IMG/VR virus record: IMGVR_UViG_3300047578_000001
Coordinates: 1 to 54,704 of that record
Source: a virus
Lineage: Duplodnaviria; Caudoviricetes
DNA: 54,704 nucleotides
Direction: 5' to 3' (one strand)
The notes beneath the pieces are model-generated. The model was not told where the DNA came from, ran no database searches, and saw only the letters and a list, made by a program, of their open reading frames with translations. Position 1 is the first letter of the stretch; every line of letters begins with the position of its first letter. The position numbers and the translations under genes are program-made. Shown in pieces: positions 9,216-18,749 of this stretch.

Positions 9216-9644
9216 GTGAGTAACGGGAAGGTCCGAGACGACCTGTACCGCTATCTCAAGACACGGACCCTACCCAACCCTGTCCAGTTCGGTGTAACCG
9301 GCTCACGGGGCTTCTCAGACCTGGGAACGGTGTCTCTGGCACTGGGTTGGGTGGGGTTGCTGTTCCCCGATGCGGTGATGCACAACGGCAACTGCAAGCA
9401 AGGCGCAGACGCGCTGTGTCTGGAGGTGTGGCCTTGGGTGTCCACGGGTAAGGGGTTCCTGCACGAGCCCCTGTTGCACATCTACGGGAGCCCACGGGCC
9501 TACCACGTCCGGAACGAATCCATCGTAGCAAGAGCTGACTTCTTGTTGGCCTTTGATCGTGGTGGAACTCCTGGGACTGCCAGCACGATCAGGTTCGCCG
9601 AAGAACGGGGAATACCGGTATTCAAGTTCACCCAGGAGGTGTGA
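9216..9644 (+). CDS. YspA-like SLOG family protein
   Basis: VTGSRGF, GADAL, RNESIV..AD..LAF..GT. Confidence 0.78.
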   Translation: MSNGKVRDDLYRYLKTRTLPNPVQFGVTGSRGFSDLGTVSLALGWVGLLFPDAVMHNGNCKQGADALCLEVWPWVSTGKGFLHEPLLHIYGSPRAYHVRNESIVARADFLLAFDRGGTPGTASTIRFAEERGIPVFKFTQEV

Positions 9645-9919
9645 TGGAAGAGGAGTTCTGTCAAGGCTGCGGAGAAAGCTTCCGTGGTCCTAAGATTCCG
9701 CAGGAGTACATCGACAAGGGTTACTACGAAGAAGGTGTCCAGTACTACTCAACGAAGCTGGGCATTGAGGTTCGGGGTGTCTATGATGGCGTCCTGATCT
9801 GGAAGTGCGAGAATTGTTTTCATATGTGGCCCAGGTTCTCTCAAGAGAATTGGGAAAGGCTTCACAACAAAGCTTTGGACATCATCAAAGAATGGGAGAA
9901 AAGTGAAGAAGACGTATAG
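9644..9919 (+). CDS. Zinc-ribbon hypothetical protein
   Basis: CQGC...YDGVLIWKCENC. Confidence 0.65.
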   Translation: MEEEFCQGCGESFRGPKIPQEYIDKGYYEEGVQYYSTKLGIEVRGVYDGVLIWKCENCFHMWPRFSQENWERLHNKALDIIKEWEKSEEDV

Positions 9920-10553
9920 CGTCAACGGTACCAGCAACACCAGGCCTGGGGGCCTGCCTGAGGGTTTTGAGGTGGTGGAAGAGATCAAGACCCACGACAG
10001 GTTTTGGGCAACCTCACGTGGCGGGTTCTCGTGTAAGTTCGAGGAGTTCGGAGGTGCAGGTGAAAACCCGTGGATTCGTGCAATCTTCGACAACCCGGTT
10101 GCTTCGTTCGACATGGACACGGCCCGAAAGATCGGTGAGTGGCTGATCGAGGTTGCAGACTCCTACAAGAAGGAACTCCGGGAGTACACCACCGGTTCTG
10201 GTTCGGTGTGGTTCGAGATCGAGCCGGAATGGTTCGTCACTGCCGATGACTTCGACGATGCTGTCATGATCTCTGCGGGCATGGACCGAACCGAGTTCGG
10301 TTACGACAGCTTCGAGAAGCTGACGCGGACTTACCCGGATGGTATCCTGTCCGGGGAGACCAAGCTCCGGAAGTTCTCGGATGGTACCAGCATCAAGTCT
10401 CACTGGTACGAGGTCAAGCCCGAATGGGTTGTGTGGGCTTCGTCTCGTTATGAGGCTGAGACGAACTTCGTGGCTGGTGGCGACCACTACGGCAAGTCTT
10501 TGGACCGTGCAAGGGCGATTTACAGCGACGATTTCAAGCAGGTTTCTGAGTAA
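9903..10553 (+). CDS. Hypothetical protein (paralog of 10603)
   Basis: Shared N-terminus and WxE[IV]xP modules. Confidence 0.7.
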   Translation: MKKTYSVNGTSNTRPGGLPEGFEVVEEIKTHDRFWATSRGGFSCKFEEFGGAGENPWIRAIFDNPVASFDMDTARKIGEWLIEVADSYKKELREYTTGSGSVWFEIEPEWFVTADDFDDAVMISAGMDRTEFGYDSFEKLTRTYPDGILSGETKLRKFSDGTSIKSHWYEVKPEWVVWASSRYEAETNFVAGGDHYGKSLDRARAIYSDDFKQVSE

Positions 10554-10602
10554 AGCCTTCACAAAACCCACCAAAATTTTAATCGACAAAGGAGAAAAGC
10601 AC

Positions 10603-11067
10603 ATGCGTAAGACTTACACCGTGACCGGTGAATCCACCATCAAGCCCCTGAACCTTCCGGATGGTCTGACCATCGAAGAGAAGAAGGTCGAGACCAAGGA
10701 AGTCATCAACACCAAGCTTTCCCGGCGATTCACGGTCAAGGAGGGGGGTGTCTACGACGGGGGTGTGCACATCAAGGTGGAAGTCACCAACTCGACGTTC
10801 AACCCGGATGTGGTCCAGGCAGCCCTGAACCGTGAGGAAGCCACCAAGCTTCGAGATGTGCTCACCGAGATCCTCAACGATCGTGTTCGCAAGATCCTGG
10901 ACTCCGAGGGTGACTACTGGTACGAGGTGGAGCCTGGCCTGTTCCGGATGGGTGATGACCTGTCCAACGCCAAGCAGAAGCACTCCCGTGATGGGGCCGA
11001 GGGCTACGCCAAGACCCTGGACGAGATCAGTTCCGCACACGGCGTGGACTCGGTCACCTACATCTAA
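10603..11067 (+). CDS. Hypothetical protein (paralog of 9903)
   Basis: AAAGGAG RBS before ATG at 10603. Confidence 0.75.
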   Translation: MRKTYTVTGESTIKPLNLPDGLTIEEKKVETKEVINTKLSRRFTVKEGGVYDGGVHIKVEVTNSTFNPDVVQAALNREEATKLRDVLTEILNDRVRKILDSEGDYWYEVEPGLFRMGDDLSNAKQKHSRDGAEGYAKTLDEISSAHGVDSVTYI

Positions 11068-11075
11068 GGAGAAGC

Positions 11076-11837
11076 ATGACAACTCTTGTGATTGGCTCTC
11101 ACGCGATGAAACTACTGGGGGTGGGTAACAGGACCCCCAAGGACCTTGATGTCTTCAGCGACGCTGCTGGACCCCAGGAAGACGTGTTCTGGCACGAGTC
11201 GTTCCGTGGCTGGTTGCGTGAGGGCCAGTCACGGTGGGCCACCCTTGACGAGTTGTACACCATCAAGGTGTCCCATGCCCAGTGGGACCTGAACAACAAC
11301 ACGTGGGAGAAGCATGTCTACGACATCGTGCAGCTCAAACGTGCCGGGGCTGTTCTGGATCTGCAACTACACAAGTTGTTGTACTCGGTCTGGGAAGAGA
11401 CTCACGGGGTCAAGGTCATAGACCTTGCCCAGGACAAAGCCGAGTTCTTTGATGATGCTGTCCGACGCACATACGATCATGACAGCCTTCACGATTCGGT
11501 GGCCTATGGTGACCTTCCGATCTACACCGAAGTCCTGAAGGATGGGGCCGAGGTCGACATCGACATGAAGAAGTTGAAGGCCCTTCCTCTTGAGAGGTTT
11601 GTCGACCTCATCAAAGAGGAAATCTTCGTGACAGCACTCGAACGCATCGTGGTCCCCAAGGATTACGATGTGAGTCCTGGGGCTGCGTACTGGTGGGCCT
11701 TCAGGCGTACTGCTACCAGTCTCACCAAGGGCTGGACTGCACGGACCATCCTGGACCACGCAGAACTGTTCTTGACTCCTGGCAGCAACTACATCCAGCG
11801 CCACAAGTCCAAGTCCCACAAGTTGGTGAGGGTGTGA
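11076..11837 (+). CDS. Nucleotidyltransferase-like phage protein
   Basis: IGSHA...KDLDV (pol-beta-like GS/DxD); conserved YDHDSLH and EEIFVTALER. Confidence 0.65.
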   Translation: MTTLVIGSHAMKLLGVGNRTPKDLDVFSDAAGPQEDVFWHESFRGWLREGQSRWATLDELYTIKVSHAQWDLNNNTWEKHVYDIVQLKRAGAVLDLQLHKLLYSVWEETHGVKVIDLAQDKAEFFDDAVRRTYDHDSLHDSVAYGDLPIYTEVLKDGAEVDIDMKKLKALPLERFVDLIKEEIFVTALERIVVPKDYDVSPGAAYWWAFRRTATSLTKGWTARTILDHAELFLTPGSNYIQRHKSKSHKLVRV

Positions 11838-12381
11838 CCGGAAGAGTTAGGGTTATCCACGCCCCAGAAGACGAACAGGAGCTTCTGGGGATGGAAGGTG
11901 ATGTGGTGTCGTGGACTGCCGTTCAGATCCGGGTGTTCTTGGACGGCGACAAGTTCCCCACTGATTTCTACCGCTACGAAGTATCCGTACTAGACAACTG
12001 AATGAGGAACAATGACGTACCCGGTTTATCCCCCACAAAAGAAGGGGACCAATCACGCGTTGCACTTGATCGTGACGATTTGCACCTGTGGTGTGTGGCT
12101 TCCGGTCTGGATTGTGATTGCAGCATTCAACGGAGGAAAGCGATGAACGAAGAAGACGACGCAAAATACGGGGCTGTTGCAGCTCTCGCATCGTTCGTGA
12201 TCATCCTGGCTATCGTGGCAGTACTCGGCGTAATACTGGGAGCGTGGAGTTAGTGAAAGAAAAGACTGTTAGCAGGCTTGTAGGAGCCTGGTTCACACTC
12301 GCCCTCGTGGGCGGACTGGCAATGACTGGTGTAATGATCTGGGGACTGATCGAGATCGTTCAGTGGATTGGGAGGCACTAA

Positions 12382-12783
12382 ATGGATTGTGTGAAGTGCA
12401 AGTACGAGCAGCTCTTTTTCGATGGTGATGTCGACTGGGAGACTGCGTACGATGGTGATTACGACTACAAGCCAGGTACCTGCCAGGGTATCTACCGGAA
12501 CTTCAAGCGAAGCTTGTCGAATGGTTCTGTTGTCGAAACCATCGACAAGCACGACAAGGACTCGTGGGCTGGGGGTTACTACGACGGAGAATACCCACAG
12601 GGTTCCGAGTTCGATGCGTGGGTCATTCTGAAGGTGACCGAGGCTGATGGTGACGTGCTGTACTTCCGCAAGGGTGGCACGGCCAACTCTTACGGGGACG
12701 TCTCGTGGGACAAGCCGCTGCGAGAGGTCAAGGTCGTGGAGAAGACGATTCAGGTATTCGAGACTGTCTTCGAGGTGGTCTGA
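12382..12783 (+). CDS. Hypothetical protein, G-x-x-x-SY family copy 1
   Basis: C-terminal YFRKGGTANSYG..W..REV...EKTIQVFE. Confidence 0.7.
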   Translation: MDCVKCKYEQLFFDGDVDWETAYDGDYDYKPGTCQGIYRNFKRSLSNGSVVETIDKHDKDSWAGGYYDGEYPQGSEFDAWVILKVTEADGDVLYFRKGGTANSYGDVSWDKPLREVKVVEKTIQVFETVFEVV

Positions 12784-13145
12784 TGGGTGACACGTGCTAC
12801 GCCTGCGGGCAAAGCATCACCAAGGCAAATTCATCCTTCGAAGACAGTCTTCGTACTGTGTGTGATGCGGAGGTATCCTACTACGACGGCTGGGACGCGG
12901 TCTGGGCCAGATGGCGGGTAGGAGACTGGAAGATTGTCGACGGGAAGGTAGTTACCAAGGTCTTCGAGACCGACGAAGACGAGCTGGACGGATACGGTGA
13001 CGTAGACATCCAAATGGTCTTCGAAGACGAGGTCATGCAGTGTTGGAAGTTGAAGGGTTCATGGTCTTCCTACGGCGGTAAGAAGTGGGAAGATGGATTG
13101 GTGAAGGTAGAAAAGAAAGAGAGGACATCTGTTTACTATGGCTGA
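12783..13145 (+). CDS. Hypothetical protein, G-x-x-x-SY family copy 2
   Basis: TGATG coupling; WKLKGSWSSYGG..W...KVEKKERTSVYY. Confidence 0.7.
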   Translation: MGDTCYACGQSITKANSSFEDSLRTVCDAEVSYYDGWDAVWARWRVGDWKIVDGKVVTKVFETDEDELDGYGDVDIQMVFEDEVMQCWKLKGSWSSYGGKKWEDGLVKVEKKERTSVYYG

Positions 13146-13518
13146 TATCAACGAGCAGGAAGTGTCGGACCTGATCGAGAGCCACGTGTTCAGGGGCTAT
13201 AACGAGCCCTGGACTTCTCGTGATGGCTCTTACTCCACTCCTGGTGGTGATTGGGAGGCCGAGGGCTGGGATGCCTGGGCCGAGAACGATGATAGTCCTG
13301 TGTTGGTTAATGGTCTCGGTGAAGTCAGTGTTGTCACCTCTTTCGGAGGTGCGGGCCAAGGAGACGAGTACTACATGATCTTCCGAGTCATCTTCGACGC
13401 AGGCGGTGAACAGCTCTACAAGCTGGGTGGCTACTACGCCTCCTATGACGGCGGGTATTACCAAGGCCCGCTGTCCGAGGTGAATGCGGTTGTTCGTGAA
13501 GTGACCTTCTACGAGTAG
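13138..13518 (+). CDS. Hypothetical protein, G-x-x-x-SY family copy 3
   Basis: YKLGGYYASYDG...EVNAVVREVTFYE. Confidence 0.75.
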   Translation: MADINEQEVSDLIESHVFRGYNEPWTSRDGSYSTPGGDWEAEGWDAWAENDDSPVLVNGLGEVSVVTSFGGAGQGDEYYMIFRVIFDAGGEQLYKLGGYYASYDGGYYQGPLSEVNAVVREVTFYE

Positions 13519-13601
13519 GTTCGTCTGGGAGCCTTCGGGCTCCCAGGGGTTCCGGCTTCTAGAATTCCACCAAAATTTGAAGCCGGGAATGAGGATTTAG
13601 T

Positions 13602-14219
13602 ATGGGTAACATTTTTTCTGACCTGGTGGCCAAGCTGACCCGAAGGCAGAAGAAGAACAAGCCGGTACTTGTGCCGGTTCCGTCCAAGCCTGAGCCGCCA
13701 ATCAAGGCGGTGACCTACAACCGTGTGGATGGCCAGGTCTCTGGAGCACAACTCAAGGGCGGTGTTGTCTGGGATGACATCGCCAAGGTCTACACCCAGG
13801 AACAGTTCAGGGCTATGAAGCCCCCGCTCCAGCAGACTCCGTACAAGGGTACGAACTACTTCGTCCAGGCACAGGAGGCTGAGCGTCTGGAAAGGGAACG
13901 TCGAATCAAGCGATACGATCAGGACAACGACGACTTCATGTTGTTCGCCTCGGCTACCGAGTTTGACCAGGCATGGTTCTACCAGAACGAGGAAACTGCC
14001 CCTGAGATCGATTCTAAGCCATTGGAGAGCCCTTCCGGGTATGATTACCCTCGGGAGACGTTTTCTCCCGTGTACGAGGCTCCTAGCTACCAGTACGAGC
14101 CTCCTACGAGCACGACTACGTACGACACGGGAAGTTCGTGGACTTCTTCCGGAGATTCCGGGAGCAGCAGCACGGATTCTGGTTCGTCGTCTTCGTACGA
14201 CTCGGGGGGCTCGTGGTGA
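13602..14219 (+). CDS. Hypothetical protein with Ser/Thr/Asp-rich low-complexity tail
   Basis: GAGG RBS; C-terminal SSGDSGSSSTDSGSSSSYDSGGSW. Confidence 0.7.
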   Translation: MGNIFSDLVAKLTRRQKKNKPVLVPVPSKPEPPIKAVTYNRVDGQVSGAQLKGGVVWDDIAKVYTQEQFRAMKPPLQQTPYKGTNYFVQAQEAERLERERRIKRYDQDNDDFMLFASATEFDQAWFYQNEETAPEIDSKPLESPSGYDYPRETFSPVYEAPSYQYEPPTSTTTYDTGSSWTSSGDSGSSSTDSGSSSSYDSGGSW

Positions 14220-14584
14220 GCTACTTCGAGGATCTCCTGACCTCGGGTCAGAGGCCGTACGAGTACGACGGAGAAATCTACCACGAAGAGTTCTCGTGGC
14301 ACTTCTGGCTGTACGAGGGTGGTGATGGCGAGTTCGTACGTCTCAACGACCAGTACATGGGCCGAACAGTCAAGACCGTGGGTGGCCATGAGGGCGGTGG
14401 GGAATACGTTGAGATTGTCGTAGAGGTTTCCCCACATGTCGACGGGAAGAAGAAGTTCTCGTTCCAGTCCCGCTTCTTCAAGAAGTTGGGTTGGTACCAG
14501 TCCTACCACGGAGTGGACATGGACGGGACCTTCAAGGAAGTGTTCCCCAAACAGAAGACCATCACGGTCTACGAAGAGGAGTAA
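14216..14584 (+). CDS. Hypothetical protein, G-x-x-x-SY family copy 4
   Basis: GTGA overlap; FFKKLGWYQSYHG...KEVFPKQKTITVYE. Confidence 0.7.
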   Translation: MSYFEDLLTSGQRPYEYDGEIYHEEFSWHFWLYEGGDGEFVRLNDQYMGRTVKTVGGHEGGGEYVEIVVEVSPHVDGKKKFSFQSRFFKKLGWYQSYHGVDMDGTFKEVFPKQKTITVYEEE

Positions 14585-14587
14585 ACA

Positions 14588-15679
14588 GTGAGGATCGGAG
14601 ACATCTTCGATCCGGACTTGCTGTTGGACATGGTGAACGAGGGGATGGTTCGCATTCAGTTCCACCCCTCGTTTCCGTTGTGTATCGCTACCTACACCAA
14701 GGATGCGGTCGTCAAGCGGGAATGGAACCCGGTTACCACAGCATGTCGCGGATTGATCTGGCACGAAAAGACCGGGGAAGTTCTCGCACGACCCTTCCCC
14801 AAGTTCTTCAACCTGGGTGAGCCTGGGGCTCGTGTGGACTTCGAAGCGCAGGTAGAAGTTACCGACAAGATGGATGGCTCTCTCGGGATTGGGTATGTCT
14901 GGGAGGGTAAGTGCTACGTCGCCACCAAGGGAAGTTTCGACAGTCCCCAAGCCATCGAAGGTATTCGAATCCTTCACAAGTACTACCCCGATTGGCTTCC
15001 TCCTGAGGGTGTAACCCCCTTGTGGGAGATCATCTACCCCGAGAACAGGATCGTCCTGGACTACGGAGATGCTCGTTACCTCGCCCTGATCGATGGCATT
15101 GAAATCAAGACAGGTAAGACCTACAACCCGGATGGTATGGAAGACAACGGCTTGTGGTCTTCGTGGAACGGTGCAGCCGTGAACCTGACGTGGTACTTCA
15201 CACTCGGTGAGGTTGTATCGGCGTTGCCCCGACAGAACGCAGAGGGTTTTGTCGTGAGGTACCTGGACACCGACGAGCGAGTCAAGATCAAGCAGCAGGA
15301 TTACATCGACAAGCACAAGCTGGTCTTCAACCTGTCCGAGAAGACTATCTGGGAATCCCTGAAGGATGGAAGGTTCGACGAGTACAAGAAGGGAATGCCC
15401 GACGAGTTCCATGAATGGATGGACATCACGGCCTCCCCATTTCTCCAAAAATTTCAGGACCACATTACGCTTGTCGAAGAGACTCGATTTATCCCTGAGG
15501 TAGATGAGTTGTTTGAGAAGGGCGACAGGTCGTCCCGTAAGAGCTTGGCTCAGATGACTAGGGATGCGCCGCGATGGGTCCAGAAGGTTTTGTGGTGCAT
15601 GTGGGACGGAATGGACTACACCGAGTACATCTACAAGCAGTTCGAGCCGAAGGGACAGACGAAGGTGGCTAAACCATGA
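14588..15679 (+). CDS. RNA ligase (T4 Rnl1-like)
   Basis: CRGLI, RPFPKFFN, motif I KMDGSLG, EGFVV, RVKIK. Confidence 0.9.
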   Translation: MRIGDIFDPDLLLDMVNEGMVRIQFHPSFPLCIATYTKDAVVKREWNPVTTACRGLIWHEKTGEVLARPFPKFFNLGEPGARVDFEAQVEVTDKMDGSLGIGYVWEGKCYVATKGSFDSPQAIEGIRILHKYYPDWLPPEGVTPLWEIIYPENRIVLDYGDARYLALIDGIEIKTGKTYNPDGMEDNGLWSSWNGAAVNLTWYFTLGEVVSALPRQNAEGFVVRYLDTDERVKIKQQDYIDKHKLVFNLSEKTIWESLKDGRFDEYKKGMPDEFHEWMDITASPFLQKFQDHITLVEETRFIPEVDELFEKGDRSSRKSLAQMTRDAPRWVQKVLWCMWDGMDYTEYIYKQFEPKGQTKVAKP

Positions 15680-15864
15680 ACATTCCCAGCCCGTGTGACT
15701 GCGGGTTCTCCGAGGATGACCTGGAGTTCTGTTTCAACGGAATGATTCACTCGGATCTGTTCCGTAGGATCATCGAGACTCCGTGTAACTGCGTTTGTCA
15801 TGGCACTGATGTGGCTCTGGAGTTCCCAGTACCACTCAAGGAACTGGAGTTGGTAGCAGCATGA
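15676..15864 (+). CDS. Small Cys-rich protein between ligase and PNK
   Basis: ATGA-coupled on both sides; CDC...CNCVCH. Confidence 0.6.
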   Translation: MNIPSPCDCGFSEDDLEFCFNGMIHSDLFRRIIETPCNCVCHGTDVALEFPVPLKELELVAA

Positions 15865-16787
15865 ACTGTCTAGTAATCTGTGTGGGGATTCCCGGATCGG
15901 GGAAGACCACCTTCGCACGGGAGATGGTGGCAAGTCTCCCGGCTGGTGAAGCCGTGGCCATCTCCAGGGACGACCTCAGGGTGACCCTGTACGGAACCAA
16001 GCTGGGTCTGACCTCGGAGCAGGAGAACGAGATCACCGCCTTGGAACACAGCATGATTGAGAAGGCTCTCAGCCGTGGCCTTGTGGTGATTGTCCACGAC
16101 TGCAACCTGAAGACTGCGTACCGCCGGCCACTGGCCTTGATCGCAGAACGTCTTGGTGTCGAGTGGTGTCAGGTAGATTTCACCTGGGTTCCATTGGAAA
16201 TCTGCTTGGAAAGGAACTCCAAGCGTGAACACCAAGTTCCGGAAGAAGTAATCCGCAACATGTACCAGCGCTACATCACTCCGCTTAACGGCAAGACTCC
16301 GGTTGAGCCTGACGTGCGGGGTAAGTTCACGATCCCCTCGCATGAGCTGTACGTGCCGGACACGTCCTTGCCAGACGCGGTGCTGGTGGACATCGATGGG
16401 ACTGTGGCTCTCCACGAGGGTGTGAGGGGTCCGTACGACACCTCCAGGTACCACCTGGACAAGCCCAACCTCCCGATCATCGACATGATTCGACACGAGT
16501 ACTACGATCTAGGAAACAAGATCGTGTTTGGCTCTGGTCGGAGCGACAAGTTCTATGGTGTGACCGAGGAGTGGCTGTATCAGGAAGTCAAGGTTCCGAT
16601 TGCCGGGTTGTTCATGCGTCCCGAAGGTGATGGTCGCAACGATGCGGTCGTGAAGCTGGAACTCTTCGACAAGCACATCAGGAACAACTGGAACATCAAG
16701 CGAGCATACGACGACCGCAACAGGGTTGTTGCTGCTTACCGTTCCATTGGATTGACCGTGCTTCAGGTAGCGGAAGGAAACTTCTAG
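15861..16787 (+). CDS. Polynucleotide 5'-kinase/3'-phosphatase (T4 PseT-like)
   Basis: P-loop GIPGSGKTT; HAD motif DIDGT; SGR; YDDR. Confidence 0.92.
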   Translation: MNCLVICVGIPGSGKTTFAREMVASLPAGEAVAISRDDLRVTLYGTKLGLTSEQENEITALEHSMIEKALSRGLVVIVHDCNLKTAYRRPLALIAERLGVEWCQVDFTWVPLEICLERNSKREHQVPEEVIRNMYQRYITPLNGKTPVEPDVRGKFTIPSHELYVPDTSLPDAVLVDIDGTVALHEGVRGPYDTSRYHLDKPNLPIIDMIRHEYYDLGNKIVFGSGRSDKFYGVTEEWLYQEVKVPIAGLFMRPEGDGRNDAVVKLELFDKHIRNNWNIKRAYDDRNRVVAAYRSIGLTVLQVAEGNF

Positions 16788-17432
16788 TGATGTGGGCAGG
16801 AATCGCAGTAGCATTCAGCATTGCTGCTGTGCACAGGTTCTCGACAATGCGTGAGCCGTCAGACAGGATTATCCTTGCTCTGTACGGTGGTATTGCGACC
16901 TTCTTTTGGATTGTATACCTCGGAAACTGACAAAGGAGAAACACAATGCACAGTTCGAGTCTGATCGTCGCTGGTGTGCTCGCCCTCATCGGGCTTGGCG
17001 TGTACAACAAGTCCAAGGCTGTGGGTACGGTGGTTCTGGTCCTGGCCACGGTGATGGTTGCCGCAGGAGTAACCGGGTGAACGCATTCAAGCGAAGCTTG
17101 AACACTTCCAAGAACACTGGAGGTGTTCTGTGAGGCTCGCATGGTTCTTTGGTGGTATCTGCTTTGCTGGTATCGCCGTGCTGTGTTGGTACGCCCAGCT
17201 TCACGAGTTCGCGATCGGATCTGCGATCGTAGGTTTAGGAATGTTCACCGAAGCTGGAATCAAGGAGGATAAGTAAATGTTCAAGCTCACTATGGTAAGG
17301 ACCATCCTGGCGTGGATCGGTGCGATCACCGTGGTTCTGGTGTTCGGGACTGCGATTGCGCAAGGTGTCGATGGACTTTTGGAGCTTCTGCGTACCGCAG
17401 GCGTCAAGGTCTGATCTGGCAACCCACGTAAC

Positions 17433-17685
17433 AAACAACAAAGGAGAAACCAACATGTCCACCCCTCAGATCGACACGCGTGCAGAGATCGAGTCTGCCC
17501 TTGAGGACTTCAAGATTTTCCTTGATGCGGGAGTGGCTGTGTACTCCACGCTTCCGGAGCGCTACACGCCCCAGGTTCTGGGTGCGTTGAACCTGGTGAT
17601 CAAAGAGTTCGAGACCATTCTGAAGCCGCGTATCCTCGCGGCTTGATGTACCAACCCTCATAGTAAACAACAAAGGAGAAACCAA
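17433..17685 (+). repeat. 21-bp direct repeat AAACAACAAAGGAGAAACCAA (17433-17453, 17665-17685)
   Basis: Exact copies, each directly before an MST... start. Confidence 0.85.
17455..17646 (+). CDS. Small hypothetical protein
   Basis: Preceded by the 21-bp RBS repeat. Confidence 0.7.
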   Translation: MSTPQIDTRAEIESALEDFKIFLDAGVAVYSTLPERYTPQVLGALNLVIKEFETILKPRILAA

Positions 17686-17858
17686 TGAGCACGACTGTTA
17701 CCAAGGCTCAAATCCGGGTCGCAATAGACCTGATGAAGGAAACCCTTGCGATGGAAGGCCTGTCCTACATCCTCCGCAATCAGCAGGTTGCGGCTGAGTG
17801 TGCGGCCAACACGATCAAGATGTTGGAAGCCTTCGAGCGCGACCTGAACCGTCTCTAA
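17685..17858 (+). CDS. Small hypothetical protein (57 aa)
   Basis: MSTTVTKAQIRVAIDLMKETL...; strong RBS. Confidence 0.7.
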   Translation: MSTTVTKAQIRVAIDLMKETLAMEGLSYILRNQQVAAECAANTIKMLEAFERDLNRL

Positions 17859-17867
17859 GGAGCAGCC

Positions 17868-18749
17868 ATCTTCTCCCTCACACAATCGATGAGGGCAAGA
17901 GGGTCTGGGGGAGAGCCCATCCCTACGGGGTGGAAAGCACTGGACAATGCGGGTATCGTGTTCCGCCGTGGTCAGCTCGTTCTGATCGCGGCGGGACCTG
18001 GTACCGCCAAGTCTGCTCTTACCCTTGCACTGACCATTCAATCCGGTGCTCCGGGTATGATATTCAGTGCTGACTCTGATGCCTTCACACAGATGACACG
18101 AGCAATCTCCATGATTACCGGTCTTCCACTGTCCAAGACCACGGAAATGGTATTGGAAGATACGATCCCGCAAGAGATCGTAGAACAACTAACCAACGTC
18201 CCGCTGCGTATCGACTATGAGTCTTCCCCGTCTTCGGATGATATCGAAGAGATCCTGGAAGCATATTGGGAGTTGTTCGGAGAGTACCCAACCCTGATTG
18301 TTATCGACAACATCACCAACGTGGAAGGTGTTGGCGGTGAGGACACCGACTATTCTGCTGGTCTTGAGGGTCTGATGGATTACCTTCACGGCATGGCACG
18401 AGAGACAGCAGCGTGTGTCATTGGTCTTCACCACGTGAAGGGGGAGTACAACAACGGAGACAAACCCATCCCGTTGAATGGTATCAAGGGTCAGATCGGA
18501 CGAGTACCCGAGATGATCCTGACCTTGCACAAGCGTCCGTTGGACGACGAGACCAACATCTTGTGTATCTCCAAGGTCAAGGTTCGTGGGGGTCAACCAG
18601 ATCCCACGGGAATGACCTGGGCAGAACTGGAATTCGTAGGAAACAGGATGTCGTTCAAGGATGTGGAACTCCATGAGCTAGCTCCTCCGGAGCAGCAGTG
18701 GGAAGACGACCAACGCAGACAACAAGAGGAGTTGGAATGGGCAGGGTGA
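17868..18749 (+). CDS. DnaB-like helicase (probable ATC start at 17868; first ATG at 17889)
   Basis: Walker A AAGPGTAKS; IVIDNI; GLHH; AAGGAG 5 nt before in-frame ATC. Confidence 0.88.
   Translation: MFSLTQSMRARGSGGEPIPTGWKALDNAGIVFRRGQLVLIAAGPGTAKSALTLALTIQSGAPGMIFSADSDAFTQMTRAISMITGLPLSKTTEMVLEDTIPQEIVEQLTNVPLRIDYESSPSSDDIEEILEAYWELFGEYPTLIVIDNITNVEGVGGEDTDYSAGLEGLMDYLHGMARETAACVIGLHHVKGEYNNGDKPIPLNGIKGQIGRVPEMILTLHKRPLDDETNILCISKVKVRGGQPDPTGMTWAELEFVGNRMSFKDVELHELAPPEQQWEDDQRRQQEELEWAG

Noticed and set aside
14087-15463. Long antisense ORFs (also 25912-26997, 36781-38220, 42992-44026, 46174-46926)
   Set aside because: Shadows of well-supported genes on the opposite strand; no motifs and no RBS
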